34,963 nt of DNA from Octopus bimaculoides. Its lineage: Eukaryota. How positions within the stretch are numbered: the stretch's first letter is position 1; each line of letters opens with the position of its first letter. The stretch spans positions 13,876,992-13,911,954 of the forward strand of contig NC_068987.1 in the NCBI RefSeq assembly GCF_001194135.2, read 5' to 3'. A program made the translations under genes and the position numbers. A model generated the notes under the pieces. The model had not been told where the DNA came from. It did no database searches and saw only the letters and a program-made list of their open reading frames with translations. Of this stretch, positions 1 to 10,825 are shown one piece after another.

Positions 1-118
1 TGTTGAAAAAGAGGTTAAACAGGTGAAAAGAGGTACATAGAAATGCTGATATACTGGATTCCAACAAATGGCAAAAGAATCAAAGAATGCCAGAAGTATG
101 AATTGGATAAATTCAATA

Positions 119-520
119 GGCGCAGGAGTGGCTGTGTGGTAAGTAGCTTGCTTACCAACCACATGGTTCCGGGTTCTTTTCCCACTGCGTGGCACCTTGG
201 GCAAGTGTCTTCTGCTATAGCCTCGGGCTGACAAAAGCCTTGTGAGTGGATTTGGTAGACAGAAACTGAAAGAAGCCCGTCGTATATATGTATGTATATA
301 TATATATATATGCATATGTGTGTCTGTGTTTGTCCCCACAGCATTGCTTGACAACCGATGGTGGTGGGTTTACATCCCCCGTAACTTAGCGGTTCGGCAA
401 AAGGGACTGATAGAATAAGTACTAGGCTTCCACAGAATAAGTCCTGGGGTCGATTTGCTCGACTAAAGGCGGTGCTCCAGCATGGCCACAGTCAAATGAC
501 TGAAACAAGTAAAAGAGTAA
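119..520 (+). mobile_element. tRNA-derived SINE, family A, near full length
   Basis: A-box-like TGGCTGTGTGG, B-box-like GGTTC..CCC, body ggcaccttgggcaagtgtcttct, internal (TA/TG)n, tail actgaaacaagtaaaagagtaa. Many dispersed copies in the window. Confidence 0.9.
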
Positions 521-656
521 AGTTTGAAAGTTGGACACCCAAAACTGAAAGATGCAGAGAGAAAAGAAGAAAACCCTTACTTGTTAGTGGAAGAAAAATA
601 GTAGATGTGATTGACTGAAAATATCTCAGAACTTTTTTTATTTTATTTCTTCTTAG

Positions 657-697
657 GTTGAAGATGAAGCACTTCAAGATGAACCTCTTATATTACG
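657..697 (+). CDS. C2CD5: C2CD5 internal exon (C2 domain), VEDEALQDEPLILR
   Basis: Polypyrimidine tract + AG at 655-656, donor GTAAGA at 698. 41 nt, phase 0 to phase 2. Matches recalled human C2CD5 VDDEDLQDEPLQIT. CG + A of the next exon gives Arg. Confidence 0.9.
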
Positions 698-1028
698 GTA
701 AGATTCTTCTTAAAAAAAATTTTAATCAAGTTCTTGTTTGAATTAGTACATTTTTAGTAGTAATCAGTTATAGAGATCTGCTTTCTGCTTGCATTTTTAT
801 CTGTTTGTAGCTAAGTACTAAGTATCTGTGCATAAAAGATGCACAGGTATATTAGATGCACTCCAGTTGCATATATGATTGGCTGTGATTCTTTTTGAGA
901 CATTTATTTAGGAAAAAAAATGTGTCTTCTATGACATCAAATATAGTAGACTGGAACCCTTTGAGAATTAAGTAGTTTTGTATGTTGAAGATGATATCAT
1001 CAAAAAAAGGTAATTAAAATTCATTAAA

Positions 1029-1280
1029 ATGACAGATCTATGGAACTTTCAAAGAGGTCAAATTGTTGGTGCTCATATGGCAGGTGCTAGTGTAATGAAA
1101 ACAGCTGAAATGTTTGGTTTTATCAAGAAGTACTGTCTCGAAAGTAATGACAGCCTTTGAGAAAGAAGGAAAAACCTCCTTGTAGAAACAAAACTCTGGA
1201 AGAAAACCAAAACTTTCAAATAGGGACTGTTGGACTCTTATGCGAATTGTTAGAAAGGATCACAAAAGTACAGCTCCCAA
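1029..1280 (+). pseudogene. Tc1-family transposase N-terminal remnant
   Basis: MTDLWNFQRGQIVGAHMAGASVMKTAEMFG, then a +1 frameshift, then SRSTVSKVMTAFEKEGKTSL*KQNSGRKPKLSNRDCWTLMRIVRKDHKSTAP. This is a paired-like HTH with the GRPR-like motif typical of Tc1 transposases. One frameshift and one stop. Confidence 0.85.
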
Positions 1281-2386
1281 GAAACAGCAATTTTAGCAAA
1301 AGATATTAAGCAACACTATTAATGAATAAAAAAAAAACATAAAAACAAACAAGATTTTGATGGTTTTATAGATACTTCAAAATTATGATGTTAGGTGTTT
1401 CCATTATTTCATCCAACCTCTGTATCTTTGAGCATAGATCTGCTCGATCAGGGTTAACCTAAAGATAACATACAACAACAGCAACAACAACATTAGACAT
1501 GGCAAAGTGAGTATTACAGTGATAAGCTCTTAACAAACTGGGTCCATGGTCCAATTTTCATTTCTACATGTAGCAATATCACATTTCTAATGCAGTTAAT
1601 ACTTTTCTTACTAAAGCATGAATGCAACAATTTTTCATTTATCCTCTGCTGAAATTCTCAGACTGCATATCTGTGCAGCAATTGTTGTTATTGCTATTTC
1701 AAAGGTAGTGGTAGTAGCTGAGACGGGATGACATTCTACTAAATATATTACAGTATTTAGTTTTGTCATGATGGTGTTGTGTTTAAATTTCACCAAATTA
1801 ACTTTGGTCTTTCCTCTCTCTTTGACTTTGATAGTGATATCAATTATTGTCATTGTTTAGTAGCTGATTGACCTTGGTTGAAATTACCTATGATCAAATG
1901 CCTATCATTCGTGGCCATCCTGTCTTTTCTTGAGATATAGGATATATCTAGTACTACATTGTTCAATGTGTCCTTCCTCTTTTAAGACAGTAATATATGG
2001 TTTGGAGAAAATTCAGTTTTGTATAAAAGTTTCAGTAATATTCCCAAGTGATTCGGCCAATTAAGTTCTTCTGCAAATGTTGGTCTTGTGCAGTAACTGT
2101 TCTGCACTGAGTTACAGGCATTCCCTTGTCATTCTTACTGCCAAAAATACAGTGAATCAGGGATTAGCTTACTAGAAACCTTCAACCAACAATGCTAATT
2201 GCAATATAAAATTAGTATTGGGGTTGATAGAATAGACTCTACCCTCCCTCAAAGTTGTGACCCTGTATCTGTTAGAATTCGATATTTATCTAACAAATTT
2301 ACCTTTCTCTCTCATTGTGTGTGTGTGTGTGGGTATGTATGTGCATACGTACATGTGTATATATACTTAAATATTTATCTTTTCAG

Positions 2387-2517
2387 AGTACTAGACTATG
2401 ATACATACAGTGCCCACGACAGCATTGGAAAAGTCTATATAGACTTGAATCCTCTGTTAATCAAGAACAACCCTTCATTAATAAATGGCTGGTTTCCAAT
2501 TTATGACACTATGCGGG
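2387..2517 (+). CDS. C2CD5: C2CD5 internal exon (C2 domain), VLDYDTYSAHDSIGKVYIDLNPLLIKNNPSLINGWFPIYDTMR(G)
   Basis: tttcag acceptor (AG 2385-2386), GTAACT donor at 2518. 131 nt, phase 2 to 1. C2 motif VLDxDTYSxxDxIGKV; matches recalled human VLDHDTYSANDAIGKVYIDIDPLL...SGWFPIYDTIHG. Confidence 0.96.
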
Positions 2518-2884
2518 GTAACTATACTATTATATGTCCTCACTATTATTATTATTATTATTATTATTATTATCATTATTTTTCATCAGTGTTGTCAGCA
2601 TATTGATATTGTTGAGTGTACTTTTTTTCAGCAATTTGGAAGAAACTAAAGACATATTTTATCAGTGAGCAAAGTTGGTTTTGTTTTCCATTTGTGATAA
2701 TTTCACTTGGCTTATAACACTGATTAGCACCTGAATAATTGGCATTAAGTCATCCACAAACGCATTCCAGCCTTACGTCCACAGGTGTACTATCTCTGCT
2801 ACCTTTTTTGCTGCTTCTATCATGTCCTCTGCTCCTTGGAGCTAGCTGGGCTCGTGTCACCTCCACCCTAATATTCCCAACCCA

Positions 2885-2916
<32 letters not shown>

Positions 2917-3107
2917 GTGTCTACCTTCTGTCCCCAGATTCTGCATTTATCACTACACCCTGTACTTCCTTCTCAGATCTTCAATTGGAATCCCTTCCCT
3001 GCTCATCTTTCCTGCAAATATTGACTTATAAAGAAATTAGAGGAACATTAATGGCATCATTCTCACCTGTCTAGAGGACTTGCAAAGGTTATAGCCACTG
3101 CCTCCAG

Positions 3108-3505
3108 ACCATCGTCATCATTTTAATGCCTGCTTTTCCACTTTCAAATGGGCCAGACAAATTTGTTAAGGCAGATTTTCTAGAGTTGGTTGCCCTTCCT
3201 GTCACCATTTCTCATATTTCCAAGCCAGATGATATTTCCTCATGACTAGACATGTGTCCGTGGAAGATTAGAAACAAAGGACACCACTTACATGACAGTG
3301 ACACTCATTTACAACTGTCATACAGTGTTATGACAAGGAGAGAGTAACACAAACAGACACACGCACACATACATACATATGATTGTCTACCATATCCATA
3401 TCCATATCCACTCAGAAAGCTTTGGTCAGTAGAAGACACCTATCCAAGGTGCTTTGTAGTGGGATTGAACTTGAAGCCATCAGGTTGGGAACCAAACTTC
3501 TTAAA
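3108..3505 (-). mobile_element. SINE with family A head and alternative (GAT)n-ending tail (A2)
   Basis: Reverse complement of the A head at 3411-3500; tail related to 23400-23600 and 25960-26195. Confidence 0.7.
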
Positions 3506-3608
3506 ATACAACCTCCCCCACCCCCACCCCCAAAAAACATGATTATCATATAATTCTCCCGTTAATAACTTATGGTCTTTTACTCAAGTAAGAGGGCATA
3601 AGCATTAA

Positions 3609-3803
3609 CCCCTTTGATACCAACATGTCTGATACTGCCCCTGGTTGTATGATTCAAACTTGCACTTTTATAGCGATCTAAATTAAAAGCTTCCATCAAA
3701 ACTCCATGATTATGTTCTAAACATCATCCCAATAGTACCAAATTGTTTTACCAGATTTGTCATTTTCAAAGTTCATTTCAACAGAAATACAGTAATGAAA
3801 AGG
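3609..3803 (-). mobile_element. piggyBac-type MITE, family P2, reversed
   Basis: TTAA|CCCCTTTGATACCAAC ... AATGAAAAGG|TTAA; reverse complement of P2 blocks. Confidence 0.7.
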
Positions 3804-4308
3804 TTAATTAACTGAGAGATGAAACTGTTAAATCACCTGTAGATTTCCTAGAAAATTTGCACACTGCATGTAATAGCAGCTATGTGAATCTGTTCATGTG
3901 GAATTAAGTGTTCTGTCCAAATACACAACAAAACAAGTACAGTGAGTTTGAACTCAATACCTAGAAACTGGCTGTCCAATATCATATTTACTTTACTATA
4001 TATACTTTACTCTTACTTGTGTTCAGGTAATAAACCAAATTTATACATTTTTGATAAACAAAATACTACTTTGCTGATATCAGGATCTGACATGACATAC
4101 ATAGTTTACATTTGGGGTTTTGCCAAATGTAGCTGGGCACAAGAGAATGCAGTAATAATTAAACAAATATGAAAATCTAGTCTAGAACAATTTGTTAAAT
4201 ATAGTTTATTGCTTCATAGTTGAGGCTTCAGCCTACAATCATACTGAAGGTTTGAATTACCTGTAAAATTCGTTTAGTATTAGAAATGTTATTTTTATTT
4301 GGTGCAAA

Positions 4309-4500
4309 GGTGCAGGCATGGTTATGTGGTAAGAAGTTTGTTTCCCACCCATTTGGTTTCAAGTTTAGTCCCACCTCAGGCAAGTGTCGTCAACTATAGC
4401 CCCTGGCCAACCAAGCCCTTGAGGGTGGATTTGGTAGATGAAAACTGTAAAAAGCCTGTTCTATATACTTGTGTGTGTGTGTGTGTGTGTGTAGGTATGT
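4309..4500 (+). mobile_element. Family A SINE, 5' half
   Basis: ggtgcaggcatggttatgtggtaagaagtttg..., ends in (TG)n. Confidence 0.8.
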
Positions 4501-4789
4501 ATGTATAATATGCACTAACTTTTCATTAGGGTAACTTTTGATGAATACAGCACAAAATTGGAACTAACAATAATGGGAAGTTTAAAAATCAACTTGCCTT
4601 TCCTGTATAAGTATCTAGTATCTTGTTAAATATAACTTTTAGTTTTCCTATAAATGAAGCAGCAATAATATTTCCCGAGAAAGAATACACTGGCATAGTT
4701 CCTATTGCCATATCTAAAAAAAAATTCCTTAATTCTAGCAGGACTAAAACATGTAAGATTCAGTGTGATGGTATATATTTTTGGCACTC

Positions 4790-5030
4790 CAGTGGTTACG
4801 ACGATGAGGGTTCCTATTGATCTGATCAACAGAACAACCTGCTCACGAAATTAACATGCAAGTGGTTGAGCACTTCACAGACACGCGTATCCTTAACGTA
4901 GTTCTCAGGGAGATTCAGCATGACACAGAGTGTGACAAGGCCGGCCCTTTGAATTACAGGTACTACTCATTTTTGCCAGCTAAGTGGACTGGAACAACTG
5001 AAATAAACTGTCTTGCTCAAGGACACAATT
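4790..5030 (-). mobile_element. SINE family D, partial
   Basis: Reverse complement of 32679-32840; shares the central agtggactgga...gtcttgctcaaggacacaa block with family E. Confidence 0.7.
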
Positions 5031-5176
5031 ATGATAAAATATTTTGTTTTAGATCATTTTAAAAGAAGTGGTTTCAAGTGGGTTGGTATCAAAAGTATCA
5101 AGCGAGAACAAAAGATTCCCATATTTTTTTTTTTGTTCAAAATCTGATATATTCTTTTATCATCCTTTTATTCTAG

Positions 5177-5272
5177 GCATACGTGGAGAACTAAATTTCA
5201 TAGTAAAAGTTGATTTGTTCAGTGACTTCAATAGGTTCCGTCAGTCTTCCTGTGGAGTTCAACTTTTTTGTT
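5177..5272 (+). CDS. C2CD5: C2CD5 internal exon, (G)IRGELNFIVKVDLFSDFNRFRQSSCGVQLFC
   Basis: ttctag acceptor (AG 5175-5176), GTAAGT donor at 5273. 96 nt, phase 1 to 1. Matches recalled human GIRGEINVVVKVDLFNDLNRFRQSSCGVKFFC. Confidence 0.96.
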
Positions 5273-5321
5273 GTAAGTATCATTTTAACTATTGCCTTGT
5301 TAATTGTAAATGAAATTTTAA

Positions 5322-5655
5322 TTGCAACCATGGGGTTTTGGGTTCGGTCCCACTGCATGCTGCATGGGAAGGTGTCTTCCCAGCTAAATGCTTTGTGAGT
5401 GAATTTGATAGACAGAAGCTGTGTGAAAGCCTGTCACACACACACACACGCACGCACACACACACACACATGTTGTGTGTGTTTTTGTGTTCTTCCCCAA
5501 CCCTTCACTTGGCAACCAGTTTTGATTTGCTTATGCCCCCCCCCCCCGAAACTTAGCAGTTTGGCAAAAGAGACCAATAGAATAAGTACCAGTCTTTAAA
5601 AAAATTGGTACAGGGGTTGATTTGTTTGACTAAAACCTTTTAAGGTGGTGCCCAA
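5322..5655 (+). mobile_element. Family A SINE
   Basis: Collinear with 119-520; internal (CA)n. Confidence 0.8.
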
Positions 5656-5703
5656 CTACTTGCATTCATTTAGAATAGATTATTGATATTTTAGAAAAAC
5701 GTG

Positions 5704-5810
5704 NNNNNNNNNNNNNNNNNNNNNNNNNNNNNNNNNNNNNNNNNNNNNNNNNNNNNNNNNNNNNNNNNNNNNNNNNNNNNNNNNNNNNNNNNNNNNNNNN
5801 NNNNNNNNNN
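5704..5810. other. Assembly gap (107 N) inside the interval where a C2CD5 exon is missing
   Basis: N-run seen directly. Other gaps: 16045-16054, 17221-17256, 31230-31536, 33621-33873. Confidence 1.
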
Positions 5811-5912
5811 ATCCACTAAAACTTTGACTTCAATGTTATTTTCTTTTGAGTTGATATTTCTCTGGCCAATGATGAAAGCATTTGACTCTTCCAAAATATT
5901 AGAGTAATAGAG

Positions 5913-6245
5913 CAAAGACCCCCTTCGGTCATGAATGACCATGGGATTGCACCTAGAAAGTTCCCCTCTGAGGCACAAGTCTGGGCAAGGTTGTTTATGG
6001 AAGACCAGCAGTCACCCATGCATACCAGCCTCCCCTCTCCATGCCACTGATGTTGTCCAAGGGAAAGGCAAAGACCGATACAGCTTGGCACCAGTGACGT
6101 TGCAACTCATTTCTACAGCTGAGTGAACTGGAGCCACATGAAATAAAGTGTTTTGCTCAAGAACACAACACACAGCATGATCTAGGAAACAAACTCACAA
6201 TCTCAGAATTGTTAGCTCAATGCTGTAACCACTGAGCCATGTATC
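5913..6245 (-). mobile_element. tRNA-derived SINE, family E
   Basis: Minus strand starts with tggctcagtggtt (A-box-like); collinear with 15180-15475 and 9002-9257. Confidence 0.8.
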
Positions 6246-6691
6246 TTTACTATGTCGTGCTATACATAGGAGAAAAAAATCTCCTTGAAGAGCATGCTAA
6301 TAATGATGATCATGATGATGGTGTTAAAGATGGATATTATAGTTGAATGCTATGATTGTGGTGGCGATATCATGATATATTCATGGTTATAAGTTGTTTG
6401 TGGTAAGGACAGAAACGTGTTTATGATGATGATCTGCTGGCAGTGGTGATGGACAGACTGCACCAGTAGTTCGGCAGATAGTTGAACAAGTAATAGATAA
6501 AGTGATAGACAGACAAACCAATAGATAGATTGACAGACACAGACAGATGGTCAGGTTAACCATTGGATGGACAGGTGGTCAGACAGTAAGACAGATAATT
6601 TGATGGCTGGACAAAATATACAAGTAAACATGAGTATATTCATATACTAGTTGTGTGTTTGCATGCATGTATGTATATATGTATATATATA

Positions 6692-7166
6692 TTGGGTTGT
6701 CCGGAAAGTTTGTGCCGATTTATAGTAGCTTACCTTTCGACTTATTTGCCATGAAACCACCTCAATTCTGGGAAGAGGGTATTTTCAAGTTAAAGGAAAG
6801 ATGGAGACGCATTGTGCCACAAAATGATTCATATTTGGTTGATTACATCTCAACGCTTCTAAAAACAAACTTCGTTTGTTTGTTTACATTTATTGTAATT
6901 TGAATTTAACATATGATAGAGTCTCATAAAGCGAGATTTCTATGCATCTTAAATTTTCAGAAGACGGAGGTGTGTGTTCGAGTTTCATAGCTGGCTGCCT
7001 ACACTTTTTTCTGCAAAATAGGGGTAGTTTATCCTGTTCAGGCTATATTATTAGCATTATCCTGCATTTGAGAATTTAAAATAACTTCTTTAACTTTGTA
7101 ATACCAAGTATTTATTGACCTTTTTCTTTCCTTTAAAATTCGGCACAAACTTTCCGGACAACCCAA
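6692..7166 (+). mobile_element. Mariner deletion derivative with perfect 27-bp TIRs and TA target duplication
   Basis: TTGGGTTGTCCGGAAAGTTTGTGCCGA at 6692-6718 and its reverse complement at 7140-7166; TA at 6690-91 and 7167-68. 6751-6843 encodes MKPPQFWEEGIFKLKERWRRIVPQNDSYLVD, a mariner transposase C-terminus. Confidence 0.93.
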
Positions 7167-7219
7167 TATATATGTATGTTTGATGATTTAACTCATGACT
7201 TCCTTTTATCTTTTTTTAG

Positions 7220-7280
7220 GAGAGTTGCAACGGAAAATTGGCTTGAAGGTTCTTGAACTGGGTGGAAACTCAGTAATAGG
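7220..7280 (+). CDS. C2CD5: C2CD5 internal exon, (G)ELQRKIGLKVLELGGNSVI(G)
   Basis: Poly-T + AG at 7218-7219, GTAGGT donor at 7281. 61 nt, phase 1 to 2. Matches recalled human GELQRKIGLKVLEMRGNAVVG. Confidence 0.95.
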
Positions 7281-7408
7281 GTAGGTTTCAGTTTATATTC
7301 TTATAACAGTGATAATGTTCTTTTATCTCCTTAATAAATTATTTTTTATCTACATCTATATGTACTGACTACCGTCTTGTTATGTTGTGTAAACGAAGTT
7401 CTGAATTA

Positions 7409-7955
7409 GGCGCAAACATTGCTGTGTGGTAAGAAGTTTGCTTCCCAACCACATGGTTCTGGGTTCACTCGCCCAAGGTGCCATGCAGTAATGTGTGGCA
7501 CCTTAGGCAAGTGTTTTCCACTATAACCTTGGACTGACCAAAGCCTTGTGAGTGGATTTGATTGGCAGAAACTGAAAGAAAAAGAAACCTGTCATATATA
7601 TGTGTGTGTGCTTCTTTGAATCTGTGTTTGTCCTCCACCACAGCTTGACAACCAGAGTTGGTGTGTTTATGTCCCCATAACTTAGAGGTTTGGCGAAAGA
7701 GACCAATAGAATAAGTGCAAGGTTTTAAAAAAATGTACTCTGGTTGATTCAGTTTGTTAGAAATTCTTCAAGGTGGTGCCCCAGCATGGCCACTCTCTAA
7801 TGGATATGGGCTTGCTTTGTTATTACATGGTCTTGAGTTCTGTCTCACTGTATGGCCTCTTAGGCAAGTATCTTCTACTGCAGCTTTGGGCTGACCTGTG
7901 GTTTATGGGGAAGTTAGTAGATGGAAATTGTATGGAAGCCTCTGTGTGTATAGTG
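7409..7955 (+). mobile_element. Family A SINE followed by a second partial copy
   Basis: ggcgcaaacattgctgtgtggtaagaag... to about 7800, then a second head/body fragment. Confidence 0.8.
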
Positions 7956-8173
7956 TATGTAGCACAGGCAAGAAGTTCCAAAAGGTACTAAATTTGTATG
8001 TGACACCATCACCAGTACTTTTTATGTAACATTTTAAAGTCAAGGTTTGTGGTGTCATGGCCCATTCAAGTAGGGAGTTGTAGTTGCCTGAGATGTATAT
8101 ATGAATGTATATGTGTATGTTTATATGTACATTATGTATGTCTGTATTGATATCTGTGTCTATAAAATTTCAG

Positions 8174-8299
8174 TTATCGGCAATGCTTTGACCTCGAAGG
8201 AGAATCAGGAATTGTCGTTCGTGCTATTGGGACAGCTGTCACATTATCGAAATCCTTAGTGCTATCTACATCTCCCATGGGGCTTTCACCTTTCAAAGA
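8174..8299 (+). CDS. C2CD5: C2CD5 internal exon, YRQCFDLEGESGIVVRAIGTAVTLSKSLVLSTSPMGLSPFK
   Basis: tttcag acceptor (AG 8172-8173), GTAAGT donor at 8300. 126 nt, phase 2 to 2; GG + T gives Gly. Matches recalled human YLQCFDLEGESGLVVRAIGTA. Confidence 0.95.
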
Positions 8300-9001
8300 G
8301 TAAGTTATTTGAACATTTTAAAAACATTACTTGAAATCATATTTAATATTTTTCCTTTATTTTTTTACTTTCTATATTCATTAAAAGCAAGTTTTTTTTT
8401 TTTTAGCTTTTTGCTAGAAAGTTTGTAGAAGTGGTAATTGGAAGAAAAATTTGTTGAAAGAGTAATCAGAATATTTTTTGGACACAAAACACTAAATTTT
8501 CTAGTCAGTTACTTTGATACTCAAATAAACTAGATTTAAAGTTCCCTGAGCTGGAGATTAATCTGTTGTGGTATTTGAATCCTATTTATTGTTTTGGAAA
8601 CTAAATCAAAATTATATCAAAATGTTAATCTTTTCTAAATACTTAACAACCACTTCAAAACCATCTCAGGATATACAATGATAATGATAGAATATCATTT
8701 TTAAATGAGTTATTCTAAACATCTTTATGTTCTTCCATATTTTTTCTTTTGTTATTTGTGTAAATAGGATTTTTCAGTTTTGTTAAATAGTTTTCAGTTA
8801 AATACATTTTTTGTTGACCTTCTATTTTTAGTACATTAAAACAGTTAAACAATATCTATTTATGCACAACACAGTGTAAATTTAAAAAGCTGAAGTAAAT
8901 TCAAATATTGATAAAGCCTCACTGTGAGTTAAATAAGAATGTAAACATATTCTTTTTGTACTATTGATTTGTACCCTCCTTCCCTTTTTTCTGCTCATCA
9001 G

Positions 9002-9257
9002 GCACATGTCTTAGTGGGTAAGTTGTTGCATCCATGATCATAAGATGGTGATTTTGATTCCTGGACCAACAATGTGTTATGTTCTTGAGCAAAACACTTC
9101 CTTTCATGTTGCTCAAATCCACTCAACTGGTAAAACCGAGTAATCCTGTGATGGACTGGCATCATTTTAAGGGGGAAATATATATGCCACAGAATTTGGG
9201 AAACCTGCCTTATGAGCCCATGGCTCAGGAAGGACCTTTGATCTTTTGATCCTCTCT
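9002..9257 (+). mobile_element. Family E-type SINE with 17-bp target-site duplication
   Basis: TTTTTTCTGCTCATCAG at 8985-9001 and 9258-9274 flanks a tRNA-like head (ttagtgggtaag...ttgattcctgg) and body. Confidence 0.85.
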
Positions 9258-10161
9258 TTTTTTCTGCTCATCAGTGGGCTGGGAGGAGTCTATTTACATT
9301 TTTATTTAACTCACAGTGTAGCTTTGTAATATTTAAATTAACACAGTTATTTGTTTAGTCATTTTTCATGTAAATATGATTTTGTGCAACAGATTTATTA
9401 TTGAAAGAAAAAGGAAAAAATCCATTTTATATTGATTATAAATGTTTGTTTATTTGCAATAATCTCTTCCTAGCGATCTAATCGAGAAAAGCTTATTGAA
9501 CTATTAATATTGGCCTCAATTGATTATTGCTTAAAGAAATTTGCTTCTGGTTAATTTTCACATTTTTTACCCTAGATGTTTTCCCTCTGGCCTGCTTTTA
9601 TTCCCATCTTTCCTGTTTCAAATGCTTTCTCATTCTTACCTGGTCTTGTCTAATGCTGGCTTCAAAAAAACATCTAATGTGCAAAATTTCAAAACATAAA
9701 CTTGATTTATTTTCGTTGGGCGCCTTATGACTGTTTATTTTATTTGAAAGATTTATTATGTTTACAGATGTGCGCACGTGTGTGTGTGTGTGTGTGTTTC
9801 TGTTAATGTTGGAAATGCTGTATCTTTATTTAAAAAATGCTTGTATAGAGATTAAATCACTCTATATTTGTATAGAGATGAAATAAGTCAGAAACACCAT
9901 CTGACAACAAACACATCAACAAAAAATAAAGCAAACAAACAATAGCTAAGTTAGTTTTAATATATTTGATGCGTAAAATACAGCATAGAACAAACATCTT
10001 AATTTTAAAATCTTACAATATTTTTATTTTTATACTTAATTTGTAAGATACTTGATGTGAAATTGCCTGTCAAAAGAGGTATTTATTGTAACTTGGTAGA
10101 GTAAGTTTGTCAATAAAAACAAAAACATTTCTCTTCTTCTTCTTCTTATTATTATCAGTGG

Positions 10162-10794
10162 AAGGCAGTGAGCTGATAGAACTGTTAGTACACTGAACAA
10201 AATGCTGCTAAGCATTTCGTCCATTTTTATGTTTACGGTTCAAATTCTGCCAAAGTTGACTTTGTCTTTCATCCTTTCGGGGTCAATGGAATAAGCACCA
10301 ATCAAGCCCTGGGGTCGATGTAATCGACTAGTTACCTTCCCACACAATTGAAAGGATTATTATTATTATCATCATCATCATCATCGTGGGTGAAAAACCG
10401 AGTATGCTGAACAAGCTGTTTAGCGTTCTAAGTTTTAATTTTGCCAAAGTCAATTTATGATTTCATCCTTTCAGAGTTCACAAAATAAGTACCTGTTGAG
10501 CATTAGGGGTCAGTGTAATCAACTAGCCCCCTCCCCTAAAAAATTTCAGATCTTGTGCCTGTAGTAGAAAGGATTATTAGTATTAAAAGCAGTGAGCTGA
10601 TGGAATCATCAACGTGCCAGACAAAATGCTTTGTAGCATTTCTTCTGCCTTTATGTTCTGTGTTCATATGCCACCAAGGTTCACTTTGTCTTTCATCCCT
10701 TTGGGCTCAACAAAATAAGTATCAGTTGTGCACTGGCATTGATGTAATTGACTTACTCCCTGAAATTGCTAGCCTTGTGCCAAAAATCAGAAAC

Positions 10795-10825
<31 letters not shown>

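Noticed and set aside
2199-2606. 135-aa ORF taken as a single CDS
   Set aside because: Only 2387-2517 is exon; the remainder is open intron flank and (TAT)n.
2730-3050. Pyrimidine-rich block faintly resembling a GIY-YIG/Penelope 3' end
   Set aside because: No convincing motif in any frame and no hammerhead core; left unannotated.
4623-4820. 65-aa ORF between exons as a possible displaced exon
   Set aside because: No similarity to C2CD5, wrong position, and its 3' end runs into a SINE.
5695-5703. ttttag|AAAAACGTG just before the gap as the start of the missing exon
   Set aside because: The upstream spare T plus AA would give TAA, so it cannot be the in-frame acceptor.
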